From a virus: a stretch of 64,000 bases of DNA. The translations under genes were made by a program, and so were the position numbers. The stretch spans positions 32,001-96,000 of IMG/VR virus record IMGVR_UViG_3300036818_000105; one strand, written 5' to 3'. Below the pieces are notes generated by a model, which was not told the DNA's origin, made no database searches, and worked only from the letters and a program-made list of their open reading frames with translations. Below, piece by piece: positions 19,551 through 28,701 of this stretch; position 1 is the first letter of the stretch, and each line of letters begins with the position of its first letter.

Positions 19551-19801
19551 GACTTCCTCCGGTTGCTGGTCACCACGGGCTCGAACTCGGCCGTCCAGCC
19601 CTCAGTGCCACGGTAGACGGTAACCGGGGCGTTCTTCGGCGCGAACGCCGCGCCTTCCATGCGGACCACCCCGATGCCGGGCAGCGTGATGCCGTCTCCG
19701 GCTAGGGCGTACTCGCCCGGGAGGTAGCGCGTCCCGCACCGTTCGTGACCCGGCCCTTGGCAGCGTCCCGTCCCGGCGACACGGCAGCGCCACTCAGGCA
19801 T
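19547..19801 (-). CDS. Hypothetical protein
   Basis: Coupled within a leftward operon. Confidence 0.5.
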   Translation of the reverse strand: MPEWRCRVAGTGRCQGPGHERCGTRYLPGEYALAGDGITLPGIGVVRMEGAAFAPKNAPVTVYRGTEGWTAEFEPVVTSNRRKS

Positions 19802-20156
19802 TGCCGTCAGCCCCTTCCCCCGGCGCGAACTTAGCGGCCTCTCGCTCGATGTCCGGGTTGTCCTCAGCCGACTCCAGTACGAGCGATGCGCCGCGCTGGA
19901 GCCGGTTGGCGAGCACGAGCGCGTCTTCGGCCGTGAGCAGGACAGAGGAGACGCTCGGCGTGCCGTCCCCGTCCTCGCTGTTGATGACCAGTCCGACCAT
20001 GCCGGGGTCATGTGCCGCGTCCCCGCAGTGCTCGCAGGTAGACGCGCCCTCAGGCTCGTAGACGTGCTCGACGATGATCACGGTGTCTTCGTCAGGGTGG
20101 ACGCACCCGAGGATGCGTGAGCGGATTCTGATGCCGCCGGGCTCGTTGTCACTCAT
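19794..20156 (-). CDS. Hypothetical protein, probably leaderless
   Basis: TATACT lies 7 nt before ATG 20156 on the minus strand. Confidence 0.65.
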   Translation of the reverse strand: MSDNEPGGIRIRSRILGCVHPDEDTVIIVEHVYEPEGASTCEHCGDAAHDPGMVGLVINSEDGDGTPSVSSVLLTAEDALVLANRLQRGASLVLESAEDNPDIEREAAKFAPGEGADGNA

Positions 20157-20225
20157 AAGCCAGAGTATACCCGGATATTGCCGCTTCACTGTGTAGTGCG
20201 CACGTTCATCATGTAGAATAAGGTC

Positions 20226-20471
20226 ATGACCGACGCTAGCCCGGTTGCCATCCAGCGAGCCATCGCGGCCAACATCCGAGCCGAACGCGCCCGCGCCCGG
20301 CTCTCTCAGCAGGCCGTGGCAGACGCCATGCAGAAGCGCGGGTTCGCCTACTGGCGCCAGCAGACAACCGGAGCGACCGAACGCGGCGAGCGCCGGATAA
20401 CCGCCGATGAACTGACCGCACTCGCCGCCGTATTCGGCACCGCGCCGGAGACGCTCTGGCGGATGCCGTGA
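20226..20471 (+). CDS. XRE-family HTH regulator
   Basis: NIRAERARARLSQQAVADAM...ERGERRITADELTALAAVFG; TAGAAT lies 6 nt before the ATG. Confidence 0.85.
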   Translation: MTDASPVAIQRAIAANIRAERARARLSQQAVADAMQKRGFAYWRQQTTGATERGERRITADELTALAAVFGTAPETLWRMP

Positions 20472-21658
20472 GGCGGGCCTACAAGTTCCTCGCATACCCG
20501 ACGCGACCCCAGGAGGGCCGCTCGGGCGCGCTGCTGCGCGACCACTGCGACCTGTACGACGCCGCGCTCGAGGAACGCCGCGAGGCGTGGCGGATGCGGA
20601 AAGCTCCGGTGTCCTACGGCATGCAGTCTGCCCAGCTCAAGGAGATCCGAGCGGCCGACCCGGACGGGCAGGGGAGGCACTCGTTCACCGCCCAGCAGCA
20701 AACCCTGCGCAGGCTCAACGACGCGTTCGTTATGTTCTACAAGCGGTGCAAGATCCCGGGCAAGAAGCCGGGCTACCCGAGGTTCAAGCCGTACGCCCGG
20801 TTCGATCAGGTCCGGTTCGTCGCCGGAGACGGTGCGAAGTGGACCCCGGCGAACGGCATTGGCTGGGCACGCGCCTACTTCCAGGCGGTCGGCTCGGTCA
20901 AGGTGAAGCAGCACCGGCCGGTGACGGGCACCGTCAAGGCGCTCCAACTCAAGCGGGAGCACCGCCGCTGGTACGTCATCGTCATCACCGAAACTGAGCC
21001 GGTGCCGCTGCCCCCGGCGGGCCGTGAAGTCGGCGTAGACGTGGGGGTGGTGCGGTTCCTGACCACCTCGGACGGCGGGATCGTGGCCAATCCGCGTTTC
21101 TTCGCCGCGTCGGCCGGGGTGATCGCGGACTTGCAGCGCCGCATGAACCGCGCCAGGCCGGGTTCGGGGAACCGCAAGCGGATCAGGCGCGCCCTGGCCC
21201 GGGAGCACCGCAAGGTCAGGAACTCCCGCCGCGACTTCCACCACAAGACCGCGCGAATTCTCATTGACGAGTGTGACGTGATCGCCCTGGAAGACCTCAA
21301 CACGGAAGGGATGACCAGGCGTCCCAAACCGAAGCCCGACCCGGACAAGCCGGGCGAGCACCTCCCGAACGGGGCCGCCTCCAAGGCCGGCCTGAACAAG
21401 TCGATACGCGACGCGGGCTGGGCACAGTTCATGAGCATCATCGTCGGCAAGGCTGAGAGCGCCGGCCGGCGAGTGATCCTGGTGGACCCGCGGAACACGA
21501 GCATCGACTGTCACCAGTGCGGGCGAAGATGCGAGCGCCCGCAGCAGGACACGGTTATCTGCCCCGCGCACGGCGCGATGGACGCCGACGTGAACGGGGC
21601 CAGAAACATCGCCAGCAGGGCCGGGCTGGGCTCTGGTCAGGCCGCGCGAGCGGCCTGA
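20468..21658 (+). CDS. tnpB: RNA-guided endonuclease TnpB, copy 2
   Basis: RAYKFLAYPT; RuvC motifs GVDVG, ALEDL, DADVNGARNI; zinc finger; GTGA-coupled to the XRE gene. Confidence 0.93.
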   Translation: MRRAYKFLAYPTRPQEGRSGALLRDHCDLYDAALEERREAWRMRKAPVSYGMQSAQLKEIRAADPDGQGRHSFTAQQQTLRRLNDAFVMFYKRCKIPGKKPGYPRFKPYARFDQVRFVAGDGAKWTPANGIGWARAYFQAVGSVKVKQHRPVTGTVKALQLKREHRRWYVIVITETEPVPLPPAGREVGVDVGVVRFLTTSDGGIVANPRFFAASAGVIADLQRRMNRARPGSGNRKRIRRALAREHRKVRNSRRDFHHKTARILIDECDVIALEDLNTEGMTRRPKPKPDPDKPGEHLPNGAASKAGLNKSIRDAGWAQFMSIIVGKAESAGRRVILVDPRNTSIDCHQCGRRCERPQQDTVICPAHGAMDADVNGARNIASRAGLGSGQAARAA

Positions 21659-21711
21659 GAAGGTGGCGGAGCGATCCGCCATAGCAGTCACCCAGTTTTC
21701 CAGATACGTCG
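21590..21711 (+). ncRNA. omegaRNA of tnpB #2 (5' boundary approximate); right end at TCAC 21691, guide from 21692
   Basis: Hairpin TGGCGGA-GCGA-TCCGCCA followed by TAGCAGTCAC. Confidence 0.75.
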
Positions 21712-21727
21712 ACGACTTCTTTCTCTC

Positions 21728-21774
21728 CTCCCTGCTGCACGGCGGCGAAAGCCCCGCCGCCAGGCAGCAGGGAG
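21728..21774 (+). terminator. GC-rich hairpin just downstream of the guide
   Basis: CTCCCTGCTGC...GCAGCAGGGAG with an inner GGCGG/CCGCC stem. Confidence 0.55.
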
Positions 21775-21812
21775 CGTGACCGGCACTGCCTCCGCACGCT
21801 AGCCTGTGAGCG

Positions 21813-21847
21813 TGCACGTGCATTCGTCGCGTGCAGATGCACACGCT
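21813..21847 (+). promoter_or_regulatory. Late-promoter-like motif, copy 3 (portal; third box degenerate)
   Basis: TGCACGTGCA-N7-CGTGCA-GA-TGCACAC. Confidence 0.65.
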
Positions 21848-21875
21848 AGCGGCGGAGAGGAGGTGATGCTTGGGT

Positions 21876-23492
21876 ATGGTCGACACTCGCTCCGCAAATG
21901 TCGTCGCCTTCCCCGACCTCGCGCCGAAGGGCTCTCGCGGCCCCAGCGGCAAGCGGGCCCTTTTGGGTCCAGAGGTAGGGACGTCGTTCGATTACGGACA
22001 GCGCTTGTTCGCCTACTATTAGTTAAGGCGAAGGAGATGTGTTCGACTACGGCTTAGCGAATTTTCCGCTCGTGACTACAAAACGATGTTGTCCCGTAAC
22101 GGAATGTGCGCGGCCATCGAGCAGGTACTCACTCTCCCGATCAGGGGCGCCCCGTACACCATCGAGCCCGCCAAGGGTGACCAGGGCGAGGCCGAGTTCG
22201 TGACCAGCGTTCTCATGACAGCCGACGAGGACGGCGGCATGAAAACACCTATCAGCACGCTGGTCGGCCAGATTACGAGCGCGCAGATTTTCCGTCGCGC
22301 CTTCTTCGAACGTACTTACAAGGTTCGCGAATCCGACGGCAAGATCATTTACGACAAGGTGGCCTTTCGCCCCCCCGCGACCTGTCAGGCCAGGTACAAC
22401 GACCGTACGGGCGAGCCGAACGGGTTCCGTCAGCAGGTCTGGTTGTTCGGCGGGAACTTGATGCTCAACCGCACTCAGAAGGTTCCCGGCTACGTCGACA
22501 TCCCGAAAATCAGGAGCTACATATACACCCACGGGAAACACAGGGAACCTCTCACTGGTGTCAGTGAGATGGAAACGGCCTACTGGTGCTACCAGACCCA
22601 GGCGAAGCTAGCCTACCTATGGCTCAGCTTTCTCGAGGGAATGGCGATGCAGCGCCTCGTCGTCTACGGCAACGACCAGCCGGAGGCATCCCAGCGAGCG
22701 GATGACATCTCCCAGCTGCGCGGTTCCGGCATTGTCGGCCTTATCCACCCGATCGACGGGCAGAAGTCGTTCGAGGCCCTCCCCACGGCCGCGGACGCGG
22801 GCGCCCAGTTCGCGGCGTGCATGACGTACCTGGAGAACTGGGCAGCCAGCAGCGTCCTCGCCGGCTTCCTGCAGCTTTCCGGCGCGGCGGCGAAGGGCAC
22901 CCGGGCGGGCGGCGGCGCCAGTGCCGGCTCCTACGGCATGAGCGAGGACCAGAGCTCGTACTACCTGGCCTCCCGTGAGGCGGCGGCAACGGAGATAGCG
23001 GACAGTATCTCCCATGACCTGATCCGCCCCCTGGTGACCCTGAACTTCGGCGCGGACGCGGCGTTCCCGAAGTGGAAGTTCGGCCCGTTGCAGGAGGCCA
23101 TGACGGCCGTACTTTTCACCATGTTCGGGCAGCTAGCCGCCGCCCCCAAATTGAACCTGCCCCTCGCGTTCGTGGACCTCCTCACCGAGCGGATGGCGGT
23201 GATCCTGAACCTGGACGCGGACCAGATTCACGAGTCGCTGGTGAATACCGCGTCGCAGCGGGCGGAGGCGCTGGCGGGCAATCCCCCGCCCGGCATACCC
23301 CCGGAGGCCGCGGCGGGACTGGGGCAGTTGCAGGGGCTGGCGCAGGCGGGGACGTCGATCGCGCAGCAGGCGATAGCGAGGAACGGCGGGCCGCCGACGC
23401 CGCCGAAGGTGACCATGCCGCCGGCCGGGCCGCCCGCGCCCCCGCCCAAGCCGCCGATGGCCGGGGGACTCGCGGGGGCGGCGGCGCAGTGA
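21876..23492 (+). CDS. Portal protein; 5' part interrupted by 7-nt and 5-nt inserts (uninterrupted ORF is 22086..23492)
   Basis: Position after terL; ISHDLIRPLVTLNFG typical of Mu gp29/DUF935-type portals; AGGAGG RBS before ATG 21876, in frame with 22086. Confidence 0.8.
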
Positions 23493-24978
23493 CCGGGTGC
23501 GCGAGGTGCAACGGCGAGGGGTGGACGTGCGAGTCGCATCCCCGCCGCGCGTGGGGTGACATGTGCTGCGACGGGCCACGCCGGGCGGCGATCGTGCACC
23601 AGTTGCACCGCCTGCTGCCGTACGGCGGGCCATTCCGGCTGGCGTGGCGGATCCGCGTGCTGTGCGAGCACGGCGCGTGCCACTGCGGCGGCGCCGGCGA
23701 CCCGTGCCCGGACTGCAATTCCACGGCTGACGTCAACTGGGCCGACAATCATTGCGGAGGCGTCCTGATGACCCCGGAGGAGGCCGCGAACTTCTGCGAG
23801 GACGACGAGGACCCGCGCGAGGTCTTCGCCCGGTTCGACGCCGGGCCGCACGTCGTCACCGGCCAGGCGTGGTACGAGGCGGGCGGCACGCTGCCGCTTG
23901 CCCTTACCGCCGTGCGCAACGGCACGGGCACGGCCGAGCGGGTCCGGCGGGGACTGGACTACATCAAGGCGACATACGGGCCGGGGGCGAGCCAGTGAGC
24001 CTGACGATGCTGACGGAGATCGCAGACCACTGCACCGTGCGGACTCCCCTCGGCGAGACCGAGTTCGCCGACGTCACCGTGATGGTCGTCGAGAACGTAC
24101 TGACCGTGAACCGCGACGGCCGCACGCTGGCGTGGTTCGCGGCCGGGTCATGGCGGGTGAGCTTCCTGTGAGCGAGTGGCGGCGCGACCCGGTCAAGTAC
24201 TGGTGGGAACTCGGCTACTGGGACGAGCCCCGGCAGGAGTTCATCGGCGTGGCGTGGGTGACTGACGAGGTGATCGCCCGCGCCGACCCCAGGATGACCG
24301 CCGCGTACCTGTACCGCAAGCTCGGCACCGTGCCGCCGCCGCTGGCCGGGTATCCTCCGCCGCCACCCGTGCCGGTGACGGTCGTGTACGCGGAGGGATC
24401 GCGGTGAGCGACTACAAGATCGCGAAGACGCTGCGGGTCGTCCGGGAGGGCGCCGGCGGTGCGTCTCGCCTCTACATCGACGGCGAGCCGTTCGACTACG
24501 CGACGGTCGACGGGTACACGGTCCACCCGAGGCGGGGCGAGATGCCGGGCGTTACCGTCACGATCGCCGCGTGGCGGGTCGAGCTCGTGGACGACACCGA
24601 CGCGAAAGCCGGGCGAGTTGTCGCCGGCCGCGCCAGGTTCCGAACCAGATCAGGAGAGTTAGCCCAGTGACCGAGAGCAAGCCCGGTGCCGTTGCCGTCA
24701 TCGACCAAGCCGGCCGCCACCACCACTTCGACGCGGACGACTGGCTCGTAGACCTGAAGGGCTACCTGCACGTCACGAAGGACGGCAAGAACGACGATCC
24801 TGTCGCCTTCTTCACGCCGGGCTTCCTCGGCGTCTACAGGGTCAGCGCCCGCGCCGCCGCGCCGGTAACGGTCATCGGTTCACCCCGAACCGCTGCCGCA
24901 AGCGCCGCCATCGAGACCTTGCGGCGGGAAGTCGAGGCGGCGCCAAGCGGAGAAGGAAAGGCGGGTGATGCCCTGTGA
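23489..24978 (+). other. Cluster of small coupled hypothetical genes after the portal
   Basis: GTGA-coupled ORFs ending at 23998, 24171, 24407, 24670 and 24978. Confidence 0.6.
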
Positions 24979-25036
24979 TCGACGATGACCCTCAAGACGG
25001 GCACCGTGGCAGGGCGGGCGGGACCGGGGGCGTGCC

Positions 25037-25516
25037 GTGAGCGAGAAGAGGCGAACCGAGAACGTGCTGTCCGTCCGGCTTGACGACGAGACCTCGGCCG
25101 AGCTTAAGTGGGCGGCCGGCGAGTCCGGCGTCAGCGCGTCTGAGCTAGCCCGCCGCGGCCTTCGCCCGGTGCTGTCCTATATCCGCGCTGAGTGGTACGA
25201 GAAGCACGGCAGCGAGGACGACTGGGGTGAGGTGGTTGCCGCCGGGCCGGTGCAGCCGCGCAAGCTCGACGCCTCGTTCGGGGTGCGCCTCGCTTACGAG
25301 CAGGTGCTTGAGGTCGCGCAGGCCGCCGAGGCATGCGGCGTGACGATCTCCGCGTACCTGCGGGAAGCCGGGCTTGCCCTTGCCGCGGCCCAGCGGGCAG
25401 GCGGCACGGCCAGGTGCTCTCACCTGAGCATCGGCGGCGCGGTCAGCGCGGAGTGCGGCACTTGCGGCTCGCTGCCGGTTGCCCTCACGGTGCACGCCCC
25501 GGCGAGGCGACCGTGA
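25037..25516 (+). CDS. Tandem RHH/CopG-like DNA-binding protein
   Basis: LSVRLDDE...GVSASELAR and FGVRL...GVTISAYLREA. Confidence 0.65.
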   Translation: MSEKRRTENVLSVRLDDETSAELKWAAGESGVSASELARRGLRPVLSYIRAEWYEKHGSEDDWGEVVAAGPVQPRKLDASFGVRLAYEQVLEVAQAAEACGVTISAYLREAGLALAAAQRAGGTARCSHLSIGGAVSAECGTCGSLPVALTVHAPARRP

Positions 25517-26055
25517 CCGCCGACAACCGGGTTACCGCGCTCCGGTTCGCGATTGACGCGATGGCGGTCGACGGGAACCTGTCCGCCGCCCGCGCCGGGG
25601 ACGTCACGGCTACCGCCAGTGTCTTTTACCGCTGGCTGGAGGGCCCGGCCGTCATGGTCCTGGCCCTCGGCCCGTTCACCTACCAGCAGGCCGCCCCGGA
25701 AGGACCGGGGACGCCGACTCTTACGAAGGGAACCACAGTGCAGCTCACCGATACCCAGCAGGTCACCCTGTCCGTTGCCGAGCAGGACAGCAAGGGGCAG
25801 CCGGTCACGGGCGACGCCCTCGCCTGGTCGGTTGACAACCCGGCGGTGATCGCGGTCACCCCGTCGGCTGACTCCTACTCGTGCCTGTGCGTCGCGGGAA
25901 CGGACGGGACGGCGACGGTCACCGTGGCGGACAACAGCGTTAACCCGCCGCTGACCGCGACGGACGTGCTCACGGTCGTCTCGTCGGCCGCGACCGCCCT
26001 CGTGATCAGTGAGGGCACGGCAGAGGACCAGGCGCCGGCGGCCCCGGCGGCCTGA
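25513..26055 (+). CDS. Protein with a C-terminal Ig-like domain (possible internal start 25738)
   Basis: QQVTLSVAEQDSKGQPV...WSVDNPAVIAV...GTATVTV. Confidence 0.6.
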   Translation: MTADNRVTALRFAIDAMAVDGNLSAARAGDVTATASVFYRWLEGPAVMVLALGPFTYQQAAPEGPGTPTLTKGTTVQLTDTQQVTLSVAEQDSKGQPVTGDALAWSVDNPAVIAVTPSADSYSCLCVAGTDGTATVTVADNSVNPPLTATDVLTVVSSAATALVISEGTAEDQAPAAPAA

Positions 26056-26657
26056 GCCGGGCAGCCCGGGCGGCGGGGGGGAGCAGCGCAGTGCCGCCGC
26101 CCGGGCGCGCCTTGGCCCCGCTGGTCAGCCGTAATGCCACGATAGGCCTGATACGGGAGGATGCCCGGCAGGAGGCAGGTGAAGGCGTGATTACTGATAC
26201 GGCCGCGTTCGACGCGGTAACTGACCTGATGGACGAGGTCCAGCGGGGGAACCAGATGCTCGCGAGGCTCTGCGAGAAGGCGGGCATCGACGTGGCGGAG
26301 GCACGGAGGCTGCCGGGCGAGGTGCCGTCGCCGGCCAGGGCCGCGTGATGCGCCGCGTGCTGTCGCTGGCCGCGATCCTGGCTGCCGCCGTGGGCGGCCT
26401 GCTGCTGACTGGCGGCGGCGTGCACCAGGCGGTCACGTACGGCTTCGGCGCGCTATTCGGGCTCGGCGTCGGCATGGCGTGGCGGTCTCGGTGAAGGCGC
26501 GGATCTGGAAGGACCCGGAGACCGGCCGCTGGTGCTTTAACGTGCAAGGCCACGGCCTGCGCTCAACCGGCGACCGGGCAGTTTGGCGTAGCGCGGTCGA
26601 CGAGGCACTGGACGACATGCGGTGGATCGAGTCGCGCCGGCACGCGTGGAGGCGGAC

Positions 26658-27380
26658 GTGACCACCCCGCTTCCGCCCCGGCAGCCGTACCCGCCCGGCC
26701 AGCCGCCGCCTCCCCAGCAGCAGCAGCAGGACGACGCACTGGACGACGCCGCCCTTGCCGTGGCGGTCGCCGCCTTTCTCGCCGGCGCTACCGCCGCTGC
26801 CGCGGGCGGCGGGGTCGCCGTGATGCTCGCCGCGCTCAAGCTCCGGTTCGCCCTGACGTCCGCCGCGTGGTCGGCGCTCGGCGCGGTGCTGACCCTCGTC
26901 ACCGAGCACCCCCCGGCGGTTACCGGCATCATCGGGCCCGCGTCAGCGCAAACCTCGCGGATGAACACGGCACGGCGGGCCCAGTACGTGATCGCGGCGT
27001 CTAAGCGGGTACTCGGGGCGGCGCGGGGGGCGCGGTCGAAGGGCCTGCCGGTGATCGCGGCGGTACAAGCCCAGCTCGCTAAGGAGCGGCGGTTCTACTC
27101 CCAGCACATGGCGGCGATGTGGAACCGGGCGGCAGCGGCGGGGAAGACAGACATGGCGGCAGCGGAACACGGGGACCTGCTTGGTTGGCTGGCCATGAAA
27201 AGCGCCACTACGTCGCCCGAGTGCAAGGCGGCCTCGGGGTGGAACTACCACGCGTCAGCCATGCCGGACATAGGTTACCCAGGGTCAGTACATCCTCACT
27301 GTAAGTGCATACCTGTTGCTCCCTGGCCGGGCGGGAAGCTGCTGCCGAGCCGTGGTGCAAGGTTTGCGAGGGCGGCATGA
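26658..27380 (+). CDS. MuF-like minor head protein
   Basis: GW...TSPECKAASG...PGSVHPHCKC C-terminal motif. Confidence 0.75.
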   Translation: MTTPLPPRQPYPPGQPPPPQQQQQDDALDDAALAVAVAAFLAGATAAAAGGGVAVMLAALKLRFALTSAAWSALGAVLTLVTEHPPAVTGIIGPASAQTSRMNTARRAQYVIAASKRVLGAARGARSKGLPVIAAVQAQLAKERRFYSQHMAAMWNRAAAAGKTDMAAAEHGDLLGWLAMKSATTSPECKAASGWNYHASAMPDIGYPGSVHPHCKCIPVAPWPGGKLLPSRGARFARAA

Positions 27381-28701
27381 CGACATCCGGCCGGATCGTG
27401 ATCTCTGTCGGTCCCGGCGATGACCTGGCCGACGTCGCGTGCGGGCTCGCAGCCGAAGCGGGACTGCCGCTCGGTGAGTGGATGAGGGACAAGGTAATCG
27501 AGCGGCGTTATCCCGGGCGGGGGCACCGGCAGGTACCCGTCGTGGACGCCGGTCACGGTTTCGAGGCCGAGGTAGACGAGGGCATCGCGTCGGACATCCT
27601 GCTGCTGTGGCGGAACGGCATCGAGACGGTGTTCTCCTGCCAGCACCTAGCCCGCGACGGCCGCCAGGTTGTAATCCGGCATGTCAGCGACCTGCGCCGT
27701 GCCGCAGCCCTGCTGCCGTGGGCGACATGCGGCACTTCCAACCTGCTTGAGTACGCCGCTCTGACCGAGCACTGCCAGGGGCAGTGGCTGGACTGGCCTC
27801 ACGTCTGGGAGAGGAGCGCGCCGTGACCTGGCGTGACCTGAAGCCGCTTGACGGCTGGTACGAGCTGGAGCGCCCGGAGGTGTCGGAGGAAAACGGTTCC
27901 GCCCTCGCCGGGTTCCCGCATGGCGGGCACATCGCGCTGGACTTCAACGACCCCCAGTCCCGTGAGTGGTTCGCTGAGTGGCTGCGGTCTAAGCGGGGCT
28001 GGACGGCGTTCATGGCCTGGGTCGATGAGAAGCGGTGACGCACATGAGCCAGCGCATCTGGAAAGACCAGGAGACCGGCATGTGGCACTTCGACGTGCAA
28101 GGCCACGGCCTGCGAGCCGCCGGTGTCCGCAGTACCCGGCAGGCCGCACTCGCTGAGGCGCTCGACGGTTTCTGGAAATTCTGCGCCGGCATAGGAGAGC
28201 TTGCCGAGGCGGGCACGCTGCCGCTGGCCGTGAGACGCGAGTCTGTGACGGTGAGGTCCGCATGAGCGCTCAGGTCATCGCCGCGCTGCGCAGGCGCGCG
28301 GACACGCTGGAAGCGGACGCGAAGGTCTTCCGCGCTGACCGCGAGGTGGCCTTCAGGTACGCGCCCACCGTCGGGGATGCAGCGGCAGTGAATCCCGGCC
28401 TGCTGCGGTTCGTTGCTGCCGAGTTCCGCAAGCTGGCCGACGAGGCCGAGGGGTACGAGCTGCAGGCCGGAAGCGGGGGCGCAACGTGATCAAGGACCCT
28501 GAGGCCGGCGACTTCGTCACGCTGTCCGGCCGGATCGTCAGCGTCAACAGGGGCACGGCGCTGGTAGAGGTCTACCGCTCCGACCCGGTTGGCCTGCGCG
28601 TCCCGGTGCAGTGCGGGGCACTGGAGCACGTTGAGCCGGTTGCGGACGCTGACCGTCCCGCCGAGCGCGTGCCGCTAAGTTCCATGGACTGGGAGTAGCC
28701 G

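Noticed and set aside
3423-21658. Nuclease-dead TnpB repressors (TldR) or Cas12f CRISPR effectors
   Set aside because: Both proteins keep all three RuvC acidic residues, and no repeat-spacer array is adjacent
22020-22058. Group I/II intron in the portal gene
   Set aside because: The inserts are only 7 and 5 nt, too short for any self-splicing core
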